A stretch of 64,000 bases of DNA, taken from assembly GCA_016182085.1 (NCBI GenBank), contig JACOYB010000009.1:1393-65392 (forward strand), given 5' to 3'. Source of the stretch: Candidatus Magasanikiibacteriota bacterium. GTDB lineage: Bacteria > Patescibacteriota > Patescibacteriia > Magasanikbacterales > GWA2-37-8. The notes under the pieces were generated by a model. The model did no database searches, had not been told where the DNA came from, and worked only from the letters and a program-made list of their open reading frames with translations. A program made the position numbers and the translations under genes. Positions 36,782-45,644 of this stretch are shown piece by piece; the first letter of the stretch is position 1, and the number at the start of each line of letters is the position of its first letter.

Positions 36782-37159
36782 ATGAATTGGCGCGAAGTTG
36801 CAAACCGTGATGATGTGGTGGGCGGGGAGATTGAGACCCAAGAAGGGGAGTTCGTCTTCCGCGGCCCGATCGCATCTGTAGAAGTTCGTGATGACGGCCT
36901 GGTCTATTTCCAGGTTGCCTGGGCAGCCCAGAAACCGATCAGCATGGAAGGCGGATGGGTGAAGCATGAGACCACGAGCTTCGTGGCGAGTGCAGATGTT
37001 TCGGTGGAAGATATCGGTGAAGGCAAACTTCACTTCCGGACTTCGTTTGCGGAGTCTGGTACTATCTTCCTGAAGGGGAGTGGTAACAAACTTGATCCAC
37101 GCAGGGTTCGTGGCCTGCGGGTTTGCAAGAGTCACAAAAGACATGCCAAGGCTTCTTGA
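36782..37159 (+). CDS. Hypothetical protein (GC-rich cassette)
   Basis: TTGACA promoter at 36718, GGGAGG SD, ATG 36782, then a hairpin at 37197-37252 and a terminator. Confidence 0.7.
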   Translation: MNWREVANRDDVVGGEIETQEGEFVFRGPIASVEVRDDGLVYFQVAWAAQKPISMEGGWVKHETTSFVASADVSVEDIGEGKLHFRTSFAESGTIFLKGSGNKLDPRRVRGLRVCKSHKRHAKAS

Positions 37160-37428
37160 GGATGAGTTTGGGCAGCCATTGTAGGGGGAAATCAGTAAGG
37201 CCGTCCAAATTGCTTTGATTATAAAAGTTGTAGTTAAAGCAATGACGGTCTTAATAAAACACACCTTTAATTAGGTGTATTTTATTATTTAAAATTGCAA
37301 AACCACCGCCCCGAACTCATCTTTGCAGATAAAATCGGAAACGGTGGTTGAAAGAATCCTCGACCGGCATCACTTGTTCCATAGATCAAATGTCCGAATA
37401 GCTAAGATTCTAGTTGGTTATTGCGTAC

Positions 37429-37740
37429 TTACTCAACGGCCTGGATAGCGTCCAGCGAGCCGAGAAGTCTGGCGATGAAGAGATCTTCGGCAGCTCCGCT
37501 GAAGTGCTGAGAAAGTTCGATCGTGATGGTGCGATCGGCGTTTCCCCGCCAGTCTCCGTAGCTGCCCACAGAGGTGAGCAATTCGTCGTCCTCAATTGAG
37601 GCCGGCGCCAGGTAGTTCTCGCTCATCCGAAGTAGTTCTCTGACAGCGCCGGTTGCGCCATGTTTGAACTGCAGTCTCAACTTACGACTGCCCTTGCGCG
37701 CCTTCCTCAGTTCGGCAAACATCTGCTCTCTCGTATTCAT
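37429..37740 (-). CDS. Hypothetical protein (GC-rich cassette)
   Basis: Minus-strand TTGACC-N17-TACTAT (37819-37791), GGAG SD, MNTREQMFAELRK.... Downstream hairpin near 37300-37350. Confidence 0.6.
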   Translation of the reverse strand: MNTREQMFAELRKARKGSRKLRLQFKHGATGAVRELLRMSENYLAPASIEDDELLTSVGSYGDWRGNADRTITIELSQHFSGAAEDLFIARLLGSLDAIQAVE

Positions 37741-37890
37741 ACACATCTCCGAGGTGGAATGGAATTTGTTTGTGCAGTGAACAAGGCAGGATAGTACCAT
37801 ACTTTTTGCCCCAGGTCAATTAAAACCAGCAATCATGATTGACAATAATAATTAATGTGTTAGTCTTATTTACCAGGAGAAGGAGCTATT

Positions 37891-38244
37891 ATGAAATGGA
37901 AAAAGGTTGATCGGGTAGATAAAGGGATTACCATAACCGGAAATCATGGTGTTCCGCCCACAAGATGGTGGAACCACTGGTGGCTTGCGCTCTTCGGCTG
38001 GAAGACAATTGTCACGTTTAGTCTTCCTGATGAGGTGGCGACAAGCGGGTACCGTGTTGGCTTCACGACCAAAGACGGTAAGTCATGGTGTAAGCGCACA
38101 ATCGCGCACGATAAGTTCTTTAGCATGAAAATTGGGTACGAGGATTGCAAGTTCTGGGTCAAAGCGGCCCGCAATCCCGAACAGCCCGATACCGATGGCG
38201 CAGTGATTTTGCCCGAGCTCATCAGCAGAGGGCCTCTTCACTAA
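37891..38244 (+). CDS. Hypothetical Trp-rich protein (GC-rich cassette)
   Basis: TTGACA-N16-TAGTCT (37839-37866) and AAGGAG SD. Confidence 0.7.
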   Translation: MKWKKVDRVDKGITITGNHGVPPTRWWNHWWLALFGWKTIVTFSLPDEVATSGYRVGFTTKDGKSWCKRTIAHDKFFSMKIGYEDCKFWVKAARNPEQPDTDGAVILPELISRGPLH

Positions 38245-38312
38245 GATGCAGCCATCTTTTCCAAGACGTACCCACCGCAAGGCGTTTTGGAAATAAAAAA
38301 ACTTGCGGTTTG

Positions 38313-38348
38313 AGCAAAAACAACCTTCATGAGAAGGTTGTTTTTGCT
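38313..38348. terminator. Intrinsic terminator
   Basis: AGCAAAAACAACCTTC-ATGA-GAAGGTTGTTTTTGCT. Confidence 0.8.
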
Positions 38349-38464
38349 AGCTCTTTAATTATTGTTAAAATTCCTAGTAGGGAGTTTTTTGATTTTAAGT
38401 CTGTATGTATTTTTACAAAAAATTATGCTATTCTAAGTGCGGTAGAATATAACATCATTTATAT

Positions 38465-38818
38465 ATGGGTAAGAAATCATTTGAAACAGGAGGTTTGTTG
38501 CCACAGAAACAGACAAGCGAAGAGAATAATGAGAATTTGGAACTTGAGAAATACGCTACCGGAGAAATAGCAAATAGTGAGATTGCCGCCAAGGAATTTG
38601 CCAAGTTTGGTTTTAAAGTGGGTGATAGGGTAGAGGTTGCAGGAAGTTTAATGGAGCCGTATGAGGGCACTATTGAATATTTTGAAGTTGAAGAGGTTGG
38701 GGCGAGAAGCGTATCTTATCGTGCCTATGTAAAGGTAAAAGGTGCAGAGGATCTATATTATTTTACATTACAAGCAATAAAACATCCTTCTTCGGCAATA
38801 AGGGTAACTAAAATTTAA
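38465..38818 (+). CDS. Hypothetical protein (possible SH3/KOW-like FKVGDRVEV)
   Basis: 117-aa ORF with an acidic N-terminus. Confidence 0.6.
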   Translation: MGKKSFETGGLLPQKQTSEENNENLELEKYATGEIANSEIAAKEFAKFGFKVGDRVEVAGSLMEPYEGTIEYFEVEEVGARSVSYRAYVKVKGAEDLYYFTLQAIKHPSSAIRVTKI

Positions 38819-38852
38819 TAGGTTATACACGGTTGCGAAATACCACCAGTGC

Positions 38853-39797
38853 TTATTTTTCAAATAACGGATGAAAATCATGGTGTGTTTTTTCTGCAAA
38901 TTTATCGGAAGCATGCACATAACGAGTGGTTGTGTCTAGAGATTCATGTCCCAAAAGTATCTGAATCGCTGCCGGATTAGCCCCGTTTTCAGCCAAATAA
39001 GTGGCAAAACCATGTCTTAGCGTATGCGCGCTAATCGGAAGGTTTATATCTAGTAATTCTCGATATTTTTTTATTTTAAATTGTAAATAGTTAGTTGAAA
39101 TTTTTTTATTTTTTTCATTATTATTTCGGCCGCGGTAGGGGACAAATAGCATTTCAGAAGTGCTGTTGCGTTTTGCCATGTAATTTTTTAAATGAGTAAC
39201 AGCTCTAGGGGTTAAATAGGCAAAGCGCTGTTTTTTACCTTTCCCAAGTATGTAAACACGTCCGGTTTGATCAATCTGGTTAACTTTTAGCGACAATAAT
39301 TCTGATATACGCATGCCGGTGGCAAATAATGTTTCTAACATAGCGCGATTGCGCAAAGCCACACGCTCGTCATCCTCATATTTCATCGGAGCTTCAATGA
39401 TTTTTATCAACTCTCCAAATTCAGGAATTTGCGCGTGTTTTTTTATATTTTTTATTAGTTTTACGGCGCCGGATGAAACAGGCGGATCATGATCCATATC
39501 TTCCATAAATTTTAAGTACGATCGGAGGGCTGACAGCATTCGATTTATGGAATAGCTGCTTAATTTTTTATTTGTTTTTTCCCCGGAAACAGATGTTTTG
39601 CGATCAGATGACGCCAAGTAGGCTTTATAGCGTAAAATATCAGTTTTATTTATTCTGTTAAAGGGTGTTTTTATATCTTCGTTTAAAAAAGTTTCAAAAG
39701 TATTTAAATCGCGTTCATAGTTATACGCAGTTTCTTCCGAGAAGTTATTTGCTTTTAAGTTTAAAATAAAATCATCTAAATAGGGAAGTTGGTTCAT
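38853..39797 (-). CDS. XerC/XerD-type tyrosine recombinase
   Basis: SAM-like N-terminal domain, RNRAMLETLFATGMRISEL, GKG.K.R, HTLRHGFAT, LLGH, TTRY. Confidence 0.92.
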   Translation of the reverse strand: MNQLPYLDDFILNLKANNFSEETAYNYERDLNTFETFLNEDIKTPFNRINKTDILRYKAYLASSDRKTSVSGEKTNKKLSSYSINRMLSALRSYLKFMEDMDHDPPVSSGAVKLIKNIKKHAQIPEFGELIKIIEAPMKYEDDERVALRNRAMLETLFATGMRISELLSLKVNQIDQTGRVYILGKGKKQRFAYLTPRAVTHLKNYMAKRNSTSEMLFVPYRGRNNNEKNKKISTNYLQFKIKKYRELLDINLPISAHTLRHGFATYLAENGANPAAIQILLGHESLDTTTRYVHASDKFAEKTHHDFHPLFEK

Positions 39798-39903
39798 ATT
39801 TTGCTTAAATTAGGCATATTGAATTGAGTGTAAGAGATATTATACTCAATTATATACCTCGGTGCAGCTAGGGTCAATAATGCTTATCCACACCTTTCTC
39901 CCT

Positions 39904-40926
39904 CTACTTCCAATACACCTTTTCGCCAAAACGAAGATCTATATATTCCTTTGGTTTTATGGTTGGTAGAATCTGTTTAAAGGTATCTATTTGCGCGTCC
40001 AGGTTATTTTTTGGTTGGAAAATAATACTCCAGGATTCTTTGGTATCAATTACCATTCCGGCATTTACATCGTCTAAAACGAAGAATTTAGGCGCTGCCC
40101 TCCCCTGCTCGGCCAACTCTCGCTGCCAAGTAATGGCCGAGGTAATAAATTCAGTTGGTAAAATACCAGATTTCTTTAATTCAATTTCAAGATTTCGTCT
40201 GTCATATATTAAGGGGTATGTGCCAAATAGTTTTCGGATTTTTTCATAATTTGGCACATGTTTAACTGAGGATGTCGTAATAATTGGCGTGGAAGTGGTG
40301 CTGGAAGTAAACGAAATGCTTAAACTGGTGGTGGTTGTGGTTTCTTTTAAAAACTCTCCGGCCTCAACATCTGTTAAATATTTGATTGCGGTTCCTTCGC
40401 TATCCAATAAGAAATATTTCTTACCGTTATCATAAATAATAGAGGAAATTTTTTCCTTAACTTCTATATTCAATTCATTAGGAAATACTTTTGTAACCCG
40501 AACGCTTTCCAAGGATAATGTATCATATAAATCCTTTGAAATACTGCCTTCATCAACAAAGAAATAGTTATTTAAAGGAAGCCTGCTTTTCTTGTTTAAA
40601 TACTTTTGAAATACGACTTGATCCAATTCTGCCCTGGTATTATTTTCCAGTCCAAAATAATTAACTTTATTAATTCTAAAGTATGGTAAATATGCCAAGC
40701 AAGCCGCCCAGGATATAAATAAAATAAGAAGTATAATCAACTTTAGCTTGGGACTTCTCTGCTTCTGTCTTCGTTCCGCTTTAAATGGATTTGATTTATA
40801 ATGTAATGACTGGTTTGGAACGGCAACAGAGTATTGTTTTTTTCTAAAAAGGCGTAAAATTTTTTTACGCCAGCTTACGTGGGGCTTATATTTTTCAAAA
40901 GCGTGTTCAGAACGGAAATGCTTCAT
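39904..40926 (-). CDS. FtsQ/DivIB-like POTRA domain cell division protein
   Basis: Single TM segment, K.FPN.L.I.V.E, C-terminal EYIDLRFG.KVY. Confidence 0.75.
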   Translation of the reverse strand: MKHFRSEHAFEKYKPHVSWRKKILRLFRKKQYSVAVPNQSLHYKSNPFKAERRQKQRSPKLKLIILLILFISWAACLAYLPYFRINKVNYFGLENNTRAELDQVVFQKYLNKKSRLPLNNYFFVDEGSISKDLYDTLSLESVRVTKVFPNELNIEVKEKISSIIYDNGKKYFLLDSEGTAIKYLTDVEAGEFLKETTTTTSLSISFTSSTTSTPIITTSSVKHVPNYEKIRKLFGTYPLIYDRRNLEIELKKSGILPTEFITSAITWQRELAEQGRAAPKFFVLDDVNAGMVIDTKESWSIIFQPKNNLDAQIDTFKQILPTIKPKEYIDLRFGEKVYWK

Positions 40927-40937
40927 GTGTGGATAAG

Positions 40938-42173
40938 TTAAAGTTTTTTGAATCCGGTATATTTACGCAAAGCCCTTGGTATGAGTACGCTGCCATCTTT
41001 TTGTTGGTGATTTTCTATAAGCGCCAGAGGGAATCTGCTGGACACAATGGCTGTGCCATTTAGGGTGTGCGCAAATTCATTTGAACCATCTTCTTTTTTG
41101 TACTTTATATTTAACCGGCGCGCTTGATAATCCGTGCAATTGCTGGTGCTGGTAATCTCTCCATAATCATTTTTCATGGTCATCCAAGCCTCTATATCAT
41201 ATTTGCGATAAGCAGGGCCGCCCAAATCGCCACTAGCAACGTCTATTACTCTATAAGGTAACTCTAGTCCATCACAAATCTTTTGTTCTAATTTAAGCAG
41301 CTCTTGGTGCATTTTTTCACTATCTTCTGGTTTGCAATAAACAAACATTTCTAATTTAGTAAACTGGTGCACGCGGTATAATCCTTTGCTTGTTTTGCCA
41401 TAAGCGCCAGCTTCGGTGCGGAAACAATGTGATACAGCCGCGTATTTTTTTGGTCCTTTGCTTAAATCAAGCACCTCGTCGGCATGATAGCCTCCCATGG
41501 TAATTTCGGCGGTGCCGATAAGGCTAAGATCGGTATTTTCTACGGAATATACCTGGGTTTCGGTGCCGCGTGGATTAAAACCAATACCGGTTAGAATATC
41601 ATTTTTGGCTAAATCGGGGGTTTCTATTAGAGAAAAACCCTGTTTTTCCAAGATGTCCATACCGTACTGGATAAGCGCTTGATTGAGACGCACCAATTTA
41701 TTTTTAGCAAAGTAGAATTTTGAAGCGGCTACTTTGGCTCCTCTTTCAAAATCTATTAAATCTAAATTAAGCATCAGTTCGTCATGGTCTTTTGGTTGAA
41801 AAGAAAACTTGGGCGGATTGCCTTCTTTGGCCACTACTGTATAATCCTCTTCCCCGCCTATTGGACTTTCCGGATGAGTAAGATTCGGGACTCTTAACAA
41901 GAGTTCGCGATATTTAGTTTCTGTTTCTTCGGCATTTTTTTCTAAAACGGTAATATCGTCCCCCATTTTGCGGAGTCTGGCGATATCTTCTTCGCTAGGC
42001 TTGCCCTTTGATTGGCTTTTTCTTTGCGCTCGCAATGCTTCTACTTCCTGTTGGGCTGCGCGTCTTTGTTCATCTAGTTTAAGCAGCTCATCTACATCCA
42101 AATTAACATGCCGATTTTTGCAGTTCTCTTTTATCAGTTCTTTGTTTTCACGGATGAATTTTATGTCTAGCAT
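40938..42173 (-). CDS. serS: Serine--tRNA ligase
   Basis: MLDIKFIREN, LIGTAE, CFRTEAG, GLYRVHQF.KLE, SNCTDYQARR, HTLNGT. Confidence 0.97.
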   Translation of the reverse strand: MLDIKFIRENKELIKENCKNRHVNLDVDELLKLDEQRRAAQQEVEALRAQRKSQSKGKPSEEDIARLRKMGDDITVLEKNAEETETKYRELLLRVPNLTHPESPIGGEEDYTVVAKEGNPPKFSFQPKDHDELMLNLDLIDFERGAKVAASKFYFAKNKLVRLNQALIQYGMDILEKQGFSLIETPDLAKNDILTGIGFNPRGTETQVYSVENTDLSLIGTAEITMGGYHADEVLDLSKGPKKYAAVSHCFRTEAGAYGKTSKGLYRVHQFTKLEMFVYCKPEDSEKMHQELLKLEQKICDGLELPYRVIDVASGDLGGPAYRKYDIEAWMTMKNDYGEITSTSNCTDYQARRLNIKYKKEDGSNEFAHTLNGTAIVSSRFPLALIENHQQKDGSVLIPRALRKYTGFKKL

Positions 42174-42180
42174 ATACAAT

Positions 42181-43209
42181 TTACGGTTTGATATATTTTA
42201 ATAGGACTTTTTTATTGCTTTTTGATTGAATAAGTTTTTTGTTCAAGGGTAACATATCTGCTTTTAAAGCTTCTGTATAAGTAAACCAGCTATAATCTGA
42301 ACTTTCTGAAGGCGCAAGTTTTAGCTTGCCGGATTTTATCGTACAAACACACATAAAAAGATGTACCTGATAAGCATCTTCTTTGACCAAGGTTGTAACA
42401 ATATCAGGCATCTGCTGCCGTATCTGTACTTTAAAACCAGTTTCTTCCAGCACTTCATTGTGCAGCGTTTGGACAAATGTTTCTCCACCCTCTACGCCTC
42501 CGCCGGGAAATTCCCATTTATCATTAAATTCCGGACGAAAATCTCGGCGTTTGGTCATAAGCATTTTGCCATCTTTTACAATAATTCCGGCGGCGCAGAT
42601 AAGCTGATACGGCTGATAATTTTTCATTAAAAAATATTTTAACTGAATGGCCATCTTTCCTCTCTGACTTACGATATTTTTTTCAAGCAGCGGCATTTCC
42701 GCAAATAGTTTTTTCATTGGCGGGTAATAAAAGATAGAGGCATAGCCCATATTTTCTTGCACATGCGGAAGCATTTTTTTAGCTATAATCCCATCGGTTC
42801 TGCCTTTAAAAATAGTGAAACTATTAGTCGTTGGATTATATAAACATCCGGAAGTTTCAAAATAAGCCGCGCGCTTTTTATCTGGAACCCCCTCTAATTT
42901 TTTTAACACCGCATTGTTTCTCTCTATGGCCGTAGCTCCTAATCGTTTTGCCTTTACTCCCGGCTCTCCGTTTAAATAATCAATAAATAATCCGGTATCT
43001 TCGGCAACGGTAAGTAAACCTGTTTTTTTAGCAAAAAACTGCGCTTTTTCCAAAGCATTTTCCCAGGTAGTAGCATGGGGTTCATCCACCTCTACCCCAT
43101 TCAGCTTAAGATCTGTAAGACTAACAAACTTAAAATGCAGGTCCGCAAGTTCAATCGTTATTTCTTCAAACTTAGCTTTGTTCGTTGTGGCAATAAGGAT
43201 TTTTTTCAT
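42181..43209 (-). CDS. HAM1/RdgB non-canonical purine NTP pyrophosphatase fused to a MutT-like NUDIX domain
   Basis: ATTNKAK, ENA..KA, EDTGL...L.GEPGV, KN..SQR, then WEFPGGGVE.GE.......EVLEETG. Confidence 0.85.
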   Translation of the reverse strand: MKKILIATTNKAKFEEITIELADLHFKFVSLTDLKLNGVEVDEPHATTWENALEKAQFFAKKTGLLTVAEDTGLFIDYLNGEPGVKAKRLGATAIERNNAVLKKLEGVPDKKRAAYFETSGCLYNPTTNSFTIFKGRTDGIIAKKMLPHVQENMGYASIFYYPPMKKLFAEMPLLEKNIVSQRGKMAIQLKYFLMKNYQPYQLICAAGIIVKDGKMLMTKRRDFRPEFNDKWEFPGGGVEGGETFVQTLHNEVLEETGFKVQIRQQMPDIVTTLVKEDAYQVHLFMCVCTIKSGKLKLAPSESSDYSWFTYTEALKADMLPLNKKLIQSKSNKKVLLKYIKP

Positions 43210-43613
43210 ACTTCCAGTAAGGCTGCGCGTAGTTTAGAACTCTTATATATTTCCGGTTTAAACGCTTCCAGGCGCACGATCTGTACATGTTTTTTTACAA
43301 CATCTTGCAGTTTGTCGGTAAAAAATTTTTGATCGTATCCGAGTACGATAATATCAGGATCTTCATCGATAATCACCTGATATTTATCTCCGGTATTTCC
43401 TAACCGTATTTTATCGGCAATTTGCAATTTTTCCAAGTTCTTTAAGCGCTGTTGTTCATTAAATAGCGGTTGTTGGCCTTTTACTTGCTGCACGGTAGCG
43501 TCTCTGGCCACAATTACCGTAAGATGATCGCCTTGTTTTTTTGCTTCAGTAAGAATATAGGCGTGACCCGGGTGCAGTATATCAAATGTACCGAATGCCA
43601 AAACTTTGCGCAT
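43206..43613 (-). CDS. RibL-like FAD synthase / cytidylyltransferase family
   Basis: FGTFDILHPGH, VIVARD, PDIIVLGYDQ, KSS. Confidence 0.85.
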   Translation of the reverse strand: MRKVLAFGTFDILHPGHAYILTEAKKQGDHLTVIVARDATVQQVKGQQPLFNEQQRLKNLEKLQIADKIRLGNTGDKYQVIIDEDPDIIVLGYDQKFFTDKLQDVVKKHVQIVRLEAFKPEIYKSSKLRAALLEV

Positions 43614-43616
43614 ATA

Positions 43617-45077
43617 TTATTTCTCCGGTTTTAAAGTTGGAAACAGAATTACCTCCTTTAGGTTTTGTACGTCCATGAGAAGTTTTATAAGCCTGTCTAT
43701 ACCCATGCCCAGACCAGCCGTAGGCGGCATGCCATGTTTAAGGGCTGTAACAAAATCCTCATCATACGGCATGCTTTCCTCATCCCCCGCTTCGTGCAAT
43801 CTCTCTTGTTCTTTAAATCTGGATTCTTGATCTATAGGATCATTAAGTTCTGAAAAGCCATTACAAAGTTCATTTCCACCCACGCAAACTAGCTGCAGAC
43901 GTTCCACATATCTAGGATTATCGGCTTTACGTTTAGCCAGCGGTGACAACTCCACCGGATGGTCTATCATAAAAATTGGATTAATAATTTTTGGCCGCGC
44001 AAACGTTTTGTATATTTCATCCACCATTTTTCCATAACCTGTATTTGCGTCTACGCCGTCTATATTTAATTTTTTAATCTTTTTATATAAAGAAGTTTGA
44101 TCCGGAAATTCTTCAATATCTATATCTGCGTACTGTTTAATAAGCTCACGCATAGTTTTGCGCGGATAGGGCGGAGTAAAATCAACTTCCGTATCCTGAG
44201 CCTTAAATTTAAGAGGCAAGCCGGCAGTAGTGATTACCTTTGGTAATAATTCTTCAACTAAATCCATTAAATCCTCGTAATTTGCGTAAGCCCAGTAAAA
44301 CTCAACTTGGGTAAATTCAGGATTATGGTTGTTGTCTATACCCTCATTTCTAAAACACTTGGCAATTTCATAAACTTTTTCAAACCCGCCAACAATCAGG
44401 CGTTTTAGATATAATTCCGGCGCAATTCGCAGATATAAAGGAATATCCAGCGCGTTGTGATGCGTGCTAAACGGTTTGGCCAGCGCCCCGCCGTATAAAG
44501 TCTGTAACACGGGGGTCTCAACTTCAAAAAATCCTTTACTGTCAAAATAATTTCTGATTTCACGAACAATAACGCTTCTTACCTTGGCAATTTTCATTGA
44601 CTCTTCATTCGCGATAAGATCCAAGTATCTCTGGCGATATCTGGTTTCAATATTTTGCAAGCCGTGGAATTTTTCCGGAAGCGGTAAAAGTGTTTTGCTA
44701 AGCAGGGTATATTTTTTTACTAAAACCGTAAGCTCGCCTTTGTGGGTGATAAAAAGGTCGCCTTCTATGTGTAAAAAATCTCCTACATCAAAATACTTGA
44801 TAAAAAATTTATAGGTTTCCTTACCTAGTTCTTTTTCAGAAAAAGCAAGCTGTATGTTGCCGCTCCCATCTTTTATATGAGAAAAAGCAATTCTTCCCAT
44901 TTCTCTTTTGGAAATAAGTCGGCCCGCAACTTTTACCGGGGTATTTTCCGGTTTTTGCAAAGCATCTTTTACGGAGATTCGCTCTTCGGTATGGCTTGGA
45001 TATGGATTGACGCCAAGAGCGCGAAGATGTTCCAGTCGTTCCAGTCTGACTTTATCCTCCCTGATTTCATCTGACAT
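43617..45077 (-). CDS. lysS: Lysine--tRNA ligase (class II)
   Basis: RYRQRYLDL, EVETP, YLRIAPELYLKRL, FRNEG, HNPEFT, GMPPTAG.G.GIDR. Confidence 0.97.
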   Translation of the reverse strand: MSDEIREDKVRLERLEHLRALGVNPYPSHTEERISVKDALQKPENTPVKVAGRLISKREMGRIAFSHIKDGSGNIQLAFSEKELGKETYKFFIKYFDVGDFLHIEGDLFITHKGELTVLVKKYTLLSKTLLPLPEKFHGLQNIETRYRQRYLDLIANEESMKIAKVRSVIVREIRNYFDSKGFFEVETPVLQTLYGGALAKPFSTHHNALDIPLYLRIAPELYLKRLIVGGFEKVYEIAKCFRNEGIDNNHNPEFTQVEFYWAYANYEDLMDLVEELLPKVITTAGLPLKFKAQDTEVDFTPPYPRKTMRELIKQYADIDIEEFPDQTSLYKKIKKLNIDGVDANTGYGKMVDEIYKTFARPKIINPIFMIDHPVELSPLAKRKADNPRYVERLQLVCVGGNELCNGFSELNDPIDQESRFKEQERLHEAGDEESMPYDEDFVTALKHGMPPTAGLGMGIDRLIKLLMDVQNLKEVILFPTLKPEK

Positions 45078-45091
45078 AATGCTTAAAACGT

Positions 45092-45565
45092 TTATTTAAT
45101 TTCTAAAATTTCGTATATTTGTTTCCCGGCTGGGGTTACCACCGATACTTCATCTCCTACCGCATGGCCAATAAATGTCCCGCCAAGCGGAGATTCGTTG
45201 GAAATTTTTCCCTGTAACGGGTTCGCCTCTTGTGGGCCAACAATTGTGTATGATTTTGTCCTATCGCCTGTTTTCACGGTAATATTACTGCCCATCTGCA
45301 CTTTCCCGCCCTGCTTTTGGCCAACAGATTCTACAATCTCAGCATTATCTAAAATACGCTGCACATCTTGCTTTCTGCCCTGTGCCCAAGCCATTTCTTC
45401 CTTGGCTTGGTGGTATTCGGCGTTTTCCGACAAGTCGCCATGTTGTTTAGCTTCATCTATACGTACGGCAATCTCGGGGATCTTGGTATTTTTTAAATAT
45501 TCAAGTTCGTTTTGCAAGTCTGCCAAGCCTTTGGGGGTGAGATATTGGGTTTTTTGATTTAACAT
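45092..45565 (-). CDS. greA: Transcription elongation factor GreA
   Basis: GDLSENAEY, IVG..EA.P..GKIS.ESPLG. Confidence 0.96.
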   Translation of the reverse strand: MLNQKTQYLTPKGLADLQNELEYLKNTKIPEIAVRIDEAKQHGDLSENAEYHQAKEEMAWAQGRKQDVQRILDNAEIVESVGQKQGGKVQMGSNITVKTGDRTKSYTIVGPQEANPLQGKISNESPLGGTFIGHAVGDEVSVVTPAGKQIYEILEIK

Positions 45566-45644
45566 ATTTTCGCTAATTTTATCGTTTTTATCTTTGATTT
45601 AGATAGAAAAATTATATCATAAAAGCTTGGGTTTGGTAAAGAAA

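Noticed and set aside
38853-39797. Tyrosine recombinase as an integron or prophage integrase for the neighbouring cassettes
   Set aside because: It has XerC/D size and motifs, no obvious IntI-specific insertion, host-like composition, no phage genes nearby and no attC core sites.
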